Assembly: GCF_009914755.1 (NCBI RefSeq)
Contig: NC_060942.1
Reading direction: 5' to 3' (one strand)
DNA from: the human T2T-CHM13v2.0 reference genome, Homo sapiens
Length of the DNA: 64,000 nucleotides
The position numbers and the translations under genes were made by a program. Below the pieces are notes generated by a model, which did not search any database, had not been told where the DNA came from, and saw only the letters and a list, made by a program, of their open reading frames with translations. This document shows positions 26,604-38,500 of this stretch, piece after piece. Within the stretch, counting starts at the first letter, position 1. Each line of letters starts with the position of its first letter.

Positions 26604-28341
26604 AGCAGCTGTGTTTGGAAGGGGACACACCAGAGCTTCCCTTGTAGCAAGTGAGGCACGCTCAGCTGGAGCCTGGCAGTCCTGCAGCTCCGCCTGCCCC
26701 CTTTTGAAAACCAAAAATCCCAAGAGACTTATGTTGAAACAGCCCTTCCCGGTCAGGACTGAGCCTGTGGCTGAGTGCAGTTTTTCAGTCGCGGCTGGAA
26801 GGTCCCTGTGCGGGGCGGCGAGTCCCTCTAGATTTGCTTTACAGCCACAAATTCAGTTTTATCTGTGGATCTGAACACGATCTATGAATCACTAGGAAAG
26901 CAACTGTGTTCACGGGAAGGATTCTCAGAATTGAGCTGACACTCCGTGGTGTGAACTCAGTATTGTCAGCTTGTGCACCGCGCGTATGGACACACACCTG
27001 CACGCACTGTCACACACACTTGCCTCGGGCCCCCACACACACCGCCCTGAGAGCTAGGAAGACGAATCGGTCAGTCACACGGATTCTGCAGACAGCTTCC
27101 TTCACCAGGCATGGTAGTGAGGGCAGCGCCCACTACTCACCCAGGGCCTCTCGTGCAGGAAACTGCATGGACACGTCGTCCTGTTCCTGTCATGGGAAGG
27201 GGCCTGGAGCCGTCCCTCGGGGGGTGGGGAGGAGCTAGTTTCCCAGTCGGCGCCCGTGCATTCACCGGTCTGAGAATCCACTCAGCAGGCTTGCTATGTA
27301 ACCTCCGCCGTTCAGGCCTCAGCATGCAGCAAGCCCGTGGGGTCCCGTCTGCCCAGCCTCTGCCTCGGTTCCTGCCGGGCACATGGACGCTTCCCTTGAA
27401 TCCTTCTGCCGACGGCATCTGTGGGAGGGCAGGTACGATCGATCCTGGTCCTGTCCCCCTAGCCCTGGGCGGGTGTCCCGGCACCTCCAGGCACAAGGCC
27501 CCTTCCCCAGGCTGCCCAGAGACCCCAGCCCCGAGGTGCTGGTCCGCCCACCCTCTCTGGGAAGGGCTGTGCCACATGGCGAAAGCTGCTGTGGGTCCTG
27601 GTACCTGGTGTCCCTGCCTGCCAGGGCTCATGATGCCAACAGTGCCAGGTTTGTGGGATTTGGGGGTCAGGAGGGCCTGGCCCTGCTCCTGCAAGGCCGA
27701 GATCTGTTCCCTTGGAGGGTTGAGGGAGTGTTGGCTGTAGGGTTCCTGGAGGCCTCTCTCATGCACTCTGGGTCTGTCAGGAGGCTGGCAACTGTGGCCA
27801 AACAGGTAGAAATAAAACCTGAAATGAGAAAAAAACTTTTTTCTAGAACTTCCCAGAGAGCAGTGAGCTGGTGCCAGTGGGTCAGAGGCTTGTCACATGT
27901 GGTGTGTGTGTGTGCGTGTGTGTGTGCACGCTCTGGGGGGGTGTGCACATTTCCCAGTGTGGCTGTGCGTGTGTGTGTGCCCACGTGTGTTCACAGAACA
28001 CCAGGCTTTGCCCCGACTCCTGGCTCAGGCCTGAGTCTCCAGCCATGGCGTCCCCGTTCCTCCCGTTCCTTCTCTGCACTGCACACTGGGAACCAGGACA
28101 AGAGGTGTGCGGCGTCAGGCTGTGTCCTTCCCCCACCCACCCCGAGCCCACGCTGCTCTGGAGGGAGACCCCAGCTTCCCCCGCCTACCCCGAGCCCTCG
28201 CTGCTCTGGAGGGAGACCCCAGGCCCCTCAGGCCCTTTCCCGCATCTGAAGGGGCCAGGGCAGGGCGTCCGGCAGATGAAGCTGCCCCTTAAAGCCAGGT
28301 CTGGGCCGGTTTACAGGGAAGCACTGCTCACGTACAACCTG

Positions 28342-28515
28342 GCAGACCACACCAGCGCCGCACACACAGGCACCCCTGTGGGCACCCACGTGCCCGACCC
28401 CGCAGACCACACCGGCACTGCACACACAGGCACCCCCGTGGGCACACACGTGCCCGACCCCACAGACCACACCGGCGCTGCACACACAGGCACCCCCGTG
28501 GCCACACACATGCCT
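28342..28515. repeat. 60-bp tandem repeat, about 3 copies
   Basis: cagaccacacc.gc.c.gcacacacaggcacccc.gtgg.cac.cac.tgcc recurs with a 60-bp period, aligned across consecutive lines. Confidence 0.93.
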
Positions 28516-31500
28516 GCACACGCACACTTCTGGTGCACACGCCCACACTCACGGAGGCTTCTGCACACCACACAGCCAGCAGGTGAGGAAGTGGACGCTG
28601 CGTGGCTGTCTCTTGGTGGCTTCACCTGGAATGTCACCGTGGACCCCAGAGCCCGAAGCCCCGGCAAGCACAGAAATCACACCGGCAGCCTGTCCCACTT
28701 CGGGCAGGTGAGGCCTGGCTGAGAAAAGGGGGAAGGAGAGGGAGGATGCGGGGGTGTGTCCTGGTCCTCCACCCGTTTCGGGTTTGGGGTGCTCCCTTCG
28801 ACTACTGGCTCCATTTTTGATGTCTTTTACTTTTGTTTCGATTTTTCCTGGTATCTTGAGTAAAGTCTCCCTGGAGCATCAAATTGGATTTTTCTTACAA
28901 GTACCGTGTGCTGTTGACTCATCTGCTTTGGTGTGCCGTGGGTCACGTGGGCCTGGGCTGTGGGTAAGGTGGGCCTCGTTCCTGCAGGAACACCTGGCTC
29001 TGCAGCAGTGGCTGCCGTATCATCCTGGCCAGGCCCCTGTACCGAGGGTGGAGCCACGGGGTCTCTGATGCCTTCCTTCTCGTGCTTTGGTGGAGAATGT
29101 GGCTGGACGTCCTCCCATGACAGATGCACTCTCCTGCCTGGTTCCCTGGCCCCGGGCCCAGCCCTGAGAGACGCACCACGGCCTTCACCTGGAAGTGTCA
29201 CCTCTGGCTGCTGTTGTGGGTGATGAGGATTCCAGGGCTGAGAAGAGGACCCTAGACGCTGTTCACACAGCGTGGCAATCTCTCAAATTAATCCAGCATG
29301 GGGGGAATCGGGGTTGAAACCGGTTTGTGAGCCGGATTTTCTGTCCCTGTGTACTTCCTTGGGGCAATTTGAAAAATGCAGATTTTACTCGTAGGCCCTA
29401 AATGGATAATTTCCCTTTAGGCTGACGGCTGCTCCTGTGCCCTGCCTGGAGAGAAGCCTGACTCCAGGTCGCCTTGGCTCCGTTTCTGTGCAGCAGCTCA
29501 GACTATGGGGTGGAGGGTGAGACATTCCCACCCGTGAGCTGCCTCTGTCCACCCCACACCTCCCTCCCCTGGGTGCACGCAGCTGAGTTCCACGTTGAAT
29601 AAATTTGGCCTCAATCATCCACTACCCACCATGTCACCGTGTAAGTGCTGAGGTCAGCACAGGAGCTAAAAACAAACATTGTAACGTGTAGGAGACTCAG
29701 TAGCTCTTATACCTCGGCAGTGGAATAAGAATAATACATTTTGTTTAGTTAAGGTTGAGGCAGAGGGAGGTCATTGTTGTGACAGGGAATTTTATAAATA
29801 GGATTCTGACAGGTTCTGTACTGTGCCAGAGGCAGAAAGCCCATGCAGTGGGGCCCGTGACGTATTTAAATGACTTTTCTTAAAATGAACTTCATGTTTT
29901 AAATAATAGATGTTTACCTCCCAGGTGAAACCTTAAATATTCCCATTTTCACTGAAATGGCATGTTTTTTAAAGGATACAGTCATACCCCAAATTCACAG
30001 CATTCCACACACCATCAGAGAACTGCCACAGGGATCCTGGGGGAATTTTAAATTGTAGTTTTAAGACCACGTGACCCTGGAGCTGCCCCGGTGCCCCTCC
30101 CCCACCCCCCGAGGTGGTTTTGGTCAGCGACTCATTTACATTTTTTTCTATGTAAATTAAATTTTTAGGTATTAAATCTCGGAAAATGGAATACTGCGTG
30201 GCAGAATCCGCCTCTTAATCTGCTTTTCTTTTTACATTTCCCATCATAAAGATGTTTGAGTCCCACAGAGAGTTAAGGTATCTCGGGAAGTTCATTAACT
30301 TGGCAAACGGCTGGAGTCTCTCTTCCGAGGAGCTGAGGGCTGGACAGGCAGGTCCCAGCGTCCCCCGTCCTGACTGTTTGTGTGGAGACACTCATGTATT
30401 CATATGGGAAGGGGGGCTCTATTGGAAAGGGAAGGGCTTTTTGTTCTGCAGAGTTACGTGGTCTTAGCAGTAATCACTTTGGAGTGGGCTGCTGGTGGCC
30501 TTGGGTGCAGAGACTCCTGTGGGCATCTGCGCACATGGGGGCTGTGTCCTCATCCCTGTCTGTGGCTTCCCCACCGTGTTCCCACGTGATGCCTTCGTTC
30601 AGCCTCTGGCTTTGTGTTTCAGACCCCAAACGCCCCTTCGATGTCTCAGCTGGGACCTGGGTCCCGGCTCAGCCTCACGCGGCGTCCCAGTCCCTGCCCA
30701 TCAGTCTGGGCCTCACGGTCAGGCCCTCAGTGACAGCAGCCGTCGCTTCACTGTGGCCTCGTCCCTGGAGGGCTCTGAGTTCAGCCGTCGCTTCACTGTG
30801 GCCTCCTCCCTGGCGGGGCTCTGAGTTCAGCCACCGGTGAGATTGGTTTGTTCTTTACTGTGGTGACCACACGGCGGCTGAGGCTAAGCTGGAGCCACGG
30901 AGCAAGGGCCGCCTCTTCGCCTGCCCGGGCCCCTCTAGCCCCATCTTCCCTCTGCCCACTGACATCTGAGAATCCGCCGTCCCCTGGCCCGGGCTCCCCC
31001 GCCTTCTCCCTCGCCTCGCTGGCCCTGAGTGGGCAGCAGGCATCTGCGTGGTCAGGGGCAGGCGTCGCATTTTCCTGTGGCTGGAACGTGCCTGCAGGAG
31101 CCCAGGCCTGGACTCTGCACGTGGTCATCGTGCTGCAGTTGCCGTCTGTGGTCAAAGATTTTAAAGTTAGTTTAGTGAGAAAATCGACTCCAAACGTGAT
31201 CAGAGGGGTCGACGCGTCCCAGGATGAGTGGTTCCCGGGGCTGGGCGTTGCCACGGGCCTTGCATGGATTTTGCTGATGAATCTCAGGGCTCTGAGGCTG
31301 GCGCTCATCGGGCCCCACTTGGGGGATGCAGAAGGGAAGGCACTCTGAACGAGGGGCCCTGTGGGAGGCCCCACTGCGCAAAGGGTTTGACTCCTGCGGC
31401 CTCCCTCAAGGCCTTTGTGCTTGCTTTGAGAATCAAACGTTCCTGTTCCAAACCAAACTTGCCTCTTGCATATGGAATCAGACTATAGTGATTGTAAATG

Positions 31501-32490
31501 GTAGCGTTAAAGATAAAAACAAACAGTTCTAAAAATGACTCACTGCTGAAGGCGGAACCACGCGTGGTGCAGAGAAGGAGGGTGAGAGGGAACGGCACCA
31601 CACTCTGTGTTTACCTCTCAAGACGCTGATGAGCAACTCATCCCACAGAACAGCTGGTCCTGAACATGTGTGTGCCCTGCCGTGAGGCGCACACCTTCCC
31701 AGAGGCGTGAGTGGGGCCCGGCCACTAGTGTCCTGGCGGAAGCACCGGGGCTGCTCCATTTGTCTGGAGTCCTGTCCCAGTGGTGTGGGTTTTGAGTCTC
31801 ACCCACACGGCGCCGGCCGAGAAGCCATGAGCGGCTCTGCAGGGTGGTGCGGACTATAGACACCTCCATGCATGGTTGCCCTAGGCAGTGTCTGCCGCCA
31901 GCGTCTGCCTCTGGACACTAGCTGCTCAGCCACCAGGACGGCGTTGAGCGCTCCCCTGCCTCTGCAGGAGGAGAGGGGCAGGGAGCCATCAGGAAGGGTG
32001 CTGGGGCCTGGGGCCCGTCGTGCTGTGTGTGTGCAAACGCAGTGTGGCGTCCCCTGATCAGGAGTGGGAGCTGCGCGCTGCCCGGTTCCAGGTTAATGGA
32101 ACACAGGAAGGTGGGTCATGTCCTGCGGGGCCTCATCTGGATTTATTGGTGAAGCGAGCCTTGCACATGGCTCAGCGAGGGCTCCGCTTTCCTGCACACG
32201 CCCCCTGCCAGCTTCACTGTGGCCTCAGAATGGGCACACACAGCAAGTGTGGATGCATACGTGCAAGGCCCGTTTCAAAGCCTAAAACTCAGTGCCCAGG
32301 TCCATTGGGATAACAAGGCATTTTCTAATCTGATTTACAAAGACACCAGTATGACATGGCAGAGAAATAAAAAGGGGGCAGGGCAGGGGGACACAGGCCT
32401 CGAACCCGCCGCAGGTTTTCTCTGCGTTCCGGTGACTCCCGGCGGTCTGTGCTCTGGGTGCTGAGCAGGTGTTTTCTGTTCTCTCGCCAG

Positions 32491-32693
32491 CTGCATGGCT
32501 ACTTGGAGAATGAGCCGCTGATGCTGCAGCTTTTCATTGGGACGGCGGACGACCGCCTGCTGCGCCCGCACGCCTTCTACCAGGTGCACCGCATCACAGG
32601 GAAGACCGTGTCCACCACCAGCCACGAGGCCATCCTCTCCAACACCAAAGTCCTGGAGATCCCACTCCTGCCGGAGAACAGCATGCGAGCCGT
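32491..32693 (+). CDS. NFATC1: NFATC1 coding exon (exon 4): [67 protein letters not shown](V)
   Basis: Acceptor ctctcgccag|, donor CGT|gtaagc; 203 bp; phase 0 start matches the previous exon; NFAT motif [13 protein letters not shown]. Confidence 0.98.
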
Positions 32694-34074
32694 GTAAGCC
32701 GCGGGGGACCTCCGGCCTCTGGCAGGGGGCGGTAGGAGGGGGCGTGCCTCCCTCCCAGTCCCGGGGGGTCTGGCCAGCCCCCCGCACTTCCAGGCTGCGT
32801 GGCCAGGACACTTTTGGTTTAACAGCCAATAAGTAAACTTCACTCTTGCTTTTGACAATGGATTTGCTTCTCTCTAGGGTTTCAGCCCTGTGTATATTGC
32901 CACTTAAAATGTCAGATATGCAGCTATAAATACCTCCCTCTGCATTTAGCTTCTAAACAGGACCCCTATTTCTTTCCGAATACAGCAGTGTAATGAGAGG
33001 ATGGTTAAAACGTGAGCATCAAAAAATTAAAGCAGTCAGCACATCTGGATCACGTTGACCTTTAGGAGGTTCCGACAACACGGATAGGCCTGTGCTGATG
33101 TTCTGAGTCTAATTTGACACTGTAATTTGTTTAAAAGTGAATTTTTTAGTAAGGTGAGGACGAAACATGTAACTTCCAAATAAGGCCTTACTCACTTAAT
33201 CCTAGCTTGTGCTGGGCACGCTGGCCCTAACCTGTGAAGGCAGCCGAGGAGGAGGACTGCTGGTTCCCGAGAGATTGATGTGGTACTGTGGGGGGAACCG
33301 AAAACAGACACATCTGTGGGTGAATGAGTGCAGGTTGAGCTGGGACGGCTGGAACGTGCAGACCAGCAGGATGGAGCCAGGCCGGAGGGCAGGGACGGCG
33401 TCCTGCGAGGGTGACCCGCAGGCTGGGAGCCCGTGTGATGGGGAAGCTGTGTGTGGGGTGCCCCATCCAGGTGGAGCCCCGGGGGTGGGTGCAGAGGTCC
33501 TGGGGCTGCAGGAGTGGGGAGGAGTCCCGCACGGTGAGGGAGAGCGTGTAGGAGATGGCGGCGGGGGGCCACGTTGGGGATTTTAATAAGTGATTCAAAG
33601 CCTGTAAGTCAAAAAGGGAAAGCTTTCTCTCCACGTTGACTTTTCAAGCACTGGGAGGAATGTACGCACCTGGGAATTCATTCCAAATCCCTGAGTTTGC
33701 CTCGAGAGCTGTAATCCAAGTTTCCCGCAGACAGGGCACAGTCAGGTGCGTTCCACAGCCGTAGTAAACGTCCTGGCTTCGCTGGCGGCTGCGTTCACCC
33801 CACCATGATGTGGGGCAGAAAGGGTGGCCGGGAGACGCCCGCAGCCAGGACCGCGCTCCAGCCCTGTGCTGGCTGCCGCCTCGTGGGTGGTCGGGGAGTC
33901 TGTGTTTATTCTCATTCTCTTAACTTACTGAAAAATACTGCTTTTTAGTGCATTGAGAATGTATACATGGAATGTTTTACTGGAGTCTAGTTTTGAATGA
34001 AATTGTTAAGAGGTTATATGAAACCATAGAAAAAATGGGTTTTACACACAAAAAATGAGGGCTTTTAAATATAG

Positions 34075-34197
34075 TGGAAATAATAGAATAATTTATTCTA
34101 ATTATGATTTATTATATATTTTATATAATTATAAATATATAATATTTAACCTAATAATATATAATATATAATTATTGTAAATGATAATAATAAATTG
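34075..34197. repeat. AT-rich low-complexity tract
   Basis: About 120 bp almost entirely A/T in a GC-rich context. Confidence 0.85.
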
Positions 34198-34662
34198 AGC
34201 TTTTTGGGAACTACTCCAAGATAAGTGAGAACAGCAGGTGCCTCTGGCCCCTCCCCTGGGCCGCTCTCTGCCGCTCTGGTGACATCCCCGTATACGTGGC
34301 CAGCGTGGGCCCTGGAGGCAGCCAGGACTTGGGACAGCTCCGACTGGACCCGCTTGGTCAGGGGTGGAGGGTGGAGGCTGGAGGCTGGAGGAAGGTGGGA
34401 AGGGGAAGGTGGAAGTGGCTTTTCTCGGGGCTGCCTCTGCTTGCCCCCTCGCCTGCGCCAATGTCAGATTCTCTCCTGCACTAGGCAAGGGCCTCACGTC
34501 GCTGGCTTCAAGGTCTTGTTTTCCTTGGGGAAGGGGAGAGTGGCCAGCTGCCTGGCACGAGCTCGTGGGGCTGGGATGAGGGCCAGAGGGTCTGGGGGGC
34601 CAGGCCTTTATGCTCCCGCGTCAGCCATTGAAAGAAAAGCTGTGGGCTTTTGTTTTGGGCAG

Positions 34663-34835
34663 CATTGACTGTGCCGGAATCCTGAAACTCAGAAACTCCG
34701 ACATTGAACTTCGGAAAGGAGAGACGGACATCGGGAGGAAGAACACACGGGTACGGCTGGTGTTCCGCGTTCACGTCCCGCAACCCAGCGGCCGCACGCT
34801 GTCCCTGCAGGTGGCCTCCAACCCCATCGAATGCT
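34663..34835 (+). CDS. NFATC1: NFATC1 coding exon (exon 5): [57 protein letters not shown]
   Basis: Acceptor ttttgggcag|, donor TGCT|gtaagt; 173 bp; phase-consistent; conserved [15 protein letters not shown] motif. Confidence 0.98.
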
Positions 34836-35384
34836 GTAAGTGGACGTCCACGCGCCCACAGGGGAGGAAACCGTCCCGTCACATGCGCTTCACTGTCTCA
34901 CCCTCTCTCAGCTTTTCGTTCGTGTAGACTTGGGACTGAACGGTTCCCACCAAACCCACCACAGTGTGTGGCCACGAGGGGTCTGAGTTGATCATGGCTG
35001 AGTTATTGCCTGTGGCCTCCCGGGGGCCCCTGGCGCTGGCTCCTCTGATGGCTGAGCATGGCCAGGGAAAGCGGTGTGGGCCGGGGCTTCCCCTCACGCT
35101 GCGCTGACCTTTGCGTATTTGTGCGATGACTGTGATTTGAGTGAAATTGGCTGAGTCTTAGGAAGATATTTTGATGACTTCTTCAGAACGAGGTGGAGAC
35201 CATCAGGATGAAGTGTGCACGGCTTCTCCCCTAGAAGTAGTGGCATCCGCAGGGGTCGGCCCGCAGGTCGTGGCGGTGCTTGCTCTGGGTGGGTCGGCTC
35301 ACGTGTGACCTGCTGGGTGCCACACGTGTGCCCCAGGCCGCCCACTCAGGACAGGCCCTCACTGCCCCTCTCCTTCTGATGCAG

Positions 35385-35525
35385 CCCAGCGCTCAGCTCA
35401 GGAGCTGCCTCTGGTGGAGAAGCAGAGCACGGACAGCTATCCGGTCGTGGGCGGGAAGAAGATGGTCCTGTCTGGCCACAACTTCCTGCAGGACTCCAAG
35501 GTCATTTTCGTGGAGAAAGCCCCAG
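35385..35525 (+). CDS. NFATC1: NFATC1 coding exon (exon 6): (S)QRSAQELPLVEKQSTDSYPVVGGKKMVLSGHNFLQDSKVIFVEKAP, start of RHD-C/IPT
   Basis: Acceptor ttctgatgcag|, donor CCAG|gtatgc; 141 bp; phase 1-1. Confidence 0.97.
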
Positions 35526-38500
35526 GTATGCTCTTCACCAGGGGCCATCTGCGGCCTGGGCTTCGGCGCTGGTGGGAACCGGTTCCCAGTCGGTGGAGCA
35601 GGACCCACCTGTGCACGGTCACCGGGACGGGGCTTATGGGGTGTGGCACGGAGCAGAGGCTCTGCGTGGCCCGTGTCTGCATCCGGCTGTGGGTTTTTGT
35701 GTGAGCCGACAGCTGTGCTGCTGAAGGGAAGAGGTGGATGTTTATTTCTGGGGCCGCCGGGGCCACTGCACTCACATCGCTGCTGATACTCAGGGAGCCC
35801 ACGGGCTGGGGACGCAGAGGAGGGCAAGACGCATTTGCTGGCTTTGCTGGGGTCCTCCATCTGCAGAGAGTGGACGCTTCGGGGGTCAGTTAGCAGCAGG
35901 GCAGGAGGGAGCTCCCCTCCGGGGCCTTCCCCTCCCGCCAGCATTCCTGGGGTCGGAGGCAGGGATGGGGTGGGTGCCGCAGACGGCGGGAGCTGGGGTG
36001 GTCTTTAATGCCACAGCCGTGGTGTGTGTGAGGCTCTCGTGCCCCAAGGGCACAGGTCACCCCTGCCTCCAGGTGTTGCGCTGGCCCAGCCTGGAGGCTC
36101 CGGGGCTGAACTTGGAAGGGCAGCAGGGGTGTCCTCGGAGTGATGTTCCTCCTGGGGCCGTCACGCCTGTGGTTCTGTGCTGCCCACGGGAGACTGTCCT
36201 GCGGGGATTGGGCTCACAGAGTGGCTCCCAGCCCAGGTCAGTTCCATGCAGACGCCGGGCCCCAGCACTCTCATCCCAGAGGGGTGGCCTCGCCGGCTCC
36301 GAGCAGAGTGTGTGAAGACAGTGGGCTGCACTGATGGGAAACTGGCATTGCAGGGAGAGTGGGCACCAGTGTAGCTGGGCACAGGGACCCTAGCCCAGCC
36401 CTCAAGGGGGTTCAGGCAGAGTGGGCCTGGCTCTCCGCAAAGCCTGCCGTGAGCTCCCTGGTTTTGGGGGTTCCTGGTGCCTTGCTGGGCCTCTGCCCAG
36501 GGTGCGCCAGGTGAGGGGCATGCCCCCACAAGGCCTGTTTTGTGATATTTTTTTCCTTTTGTACACTTACCAATTGGAATTCTTTTGCACTTACTCCAAT
36601 CCCTGGAAACCGCGGAGGCATTCAGCCTTGATAATGGGGTCTTGATTTGTACAGTTTGCCGGAAACTTAAGTGCTTCAATCAAAATCGGCTTTAGAGGTC
36701 TTTGACTCTAACTTGGCTTCCTATAGAATCAGGGCTTAATTGGAAAACATGTTTTAAATTACAGAGAAAACCAACTAAGGGCAGTGACCGGGAAGGCATT
36801 TGCATTGCCCGTGCCTTCTCGGGAGGAGGCTAATTTTGAAATAATTTTCCCTTCAGAGCTTTCGGTGTGTGTCCACGCGTTGGCGGAGAAACACTTCGCC
36901 CACAGTGTAGGGCCTCGCTTGGGCCAAGACTGGCCAGAACCGTGGCTCCCAGCTTCTGCTTTTCAAAGCCCAGACCTGAGCAGCCTCCTTGCTTTTTCTT
37001 CTGCCCAGAGAGGCCTGGGCACCTTGGCAGAGCCTCCCCCCGAATGCAGTCCGCAGAGGTGCCCCAGCTCCTGCCCTAGCCAAGTTACTGTGCTGAGTTG
37101 GTGCCACGGCGCCATGGGTAAGGGCAGCCACCAGCCTGCGAGGGCCAGGAGCCAAGGGGATGCAGGACCAGCCCTGGCCTCATGCGGCCGCCCCTACAGG
37201 CAGCCCCTCCTGCCTTCATCATCACTGTGAGCTGTGGGGTCAGCAGGCCGGAGGGGTACCTGTTCTGCCCTTAAGCTCGGCTGCCACAGCCACACTTCTG
37301 GGCAATGCCAGTTTGTCTGCCCATGTCCTCCTCTTGTCCCATGAGGTCAGGGTGGGTCTCTGACCCTCTGCCAGCACCAGCCGGCGTCTGGTATACAGCA
37401 GGTGAGCCATAAATGAATAGGTGCTGTGCTCGAGAGCACGTGAAGCTGTGAATACTGCAGGGATGAAGCCAGACCACGTTGATAATTTTATTCTTTATAG
37501 TTGAATAAGATAATTTGCATATTCATACACACACAAGCACATTCCATGTTTTCAAAAGTGGAGAACAAATGTCCACATAATTTTCTTCCTCCACTTCCGG
37601 CTTCTCAGGCGGGAGCCGTTGCTTACAACACGTGCTGATGTGCAGTGACAGGTTGGTGCAGCAGAAAGCCCCACATCCTCATCCTGGCAACGAGAGAAAC
37701 CACTAAACTGAATTTAAATTAAAAACACAGTTGCCCTCTCGTTTTCTGATGGGATCGTCTGGTCTGTTTAAAGTTCTGTTTTAGACTGCTCTTGCAGATG
37801 GAACCAGGGCCGGGTGTGAGCTCAGGAGGGGAGGTTCCTGCTGAGGAAATCCGTCAGTAGGGCAGTTGAAGTGGCTTCTCCAGGAAGGGCCCCTGCGTCT
37901 CTCGACTGTCCTGCTCATTCCGAGGGTGCAGATGGTTGTAGCTGTTGGGAATGTTGGCTCTGGACACAGGCCAGGGTCGGCTCCACCCTGTCCTTCTCTG
38001 GAGTACGTAGGAAGCTCATTGTCCAGGCCAGCTCAGCCTCTGCGTATCAGCCAGGCCACCTTCAGCTGCTATGGGTTCACAGCATCTCTGAGCTTTGGGA
38101 AGTTTTAGATGGAGCGGCTCCACTGCCCTGGAAGGCTGGGAGAAGCTGGTGTTGGCCTCATGAGGAAGGGAGTCCCCGCAGCAGGGCTGCATTGCGGGGA
38201 GCCGGCCGGGCAAGGGCATGGCTCGCCGTAGCCTGGGTGCCGGGTCCCTCTGGGATGCTCCAGCAGGGCAGGAGGAGGGTGGGTGTTTGAGTCTCAGCCT
38301 GCGCTCCACGGAGCTTCCTCCCAGGTGTCTCAGGGCGGCGCAAAAGGCCGGGAGCGGAGTCAGCCTTTCTCTGAGGACTTAGTTTACAGCTTCCTCGGAA
38401 AACGACATTTTCCGATGATGAAAATCTGTGAGGAATGTTCTTCCAGGAGGCAGGTTGGCTGTGGGGAGCCGAGGGCCGGGTGTTGGTTTAGAAGCCCCTG

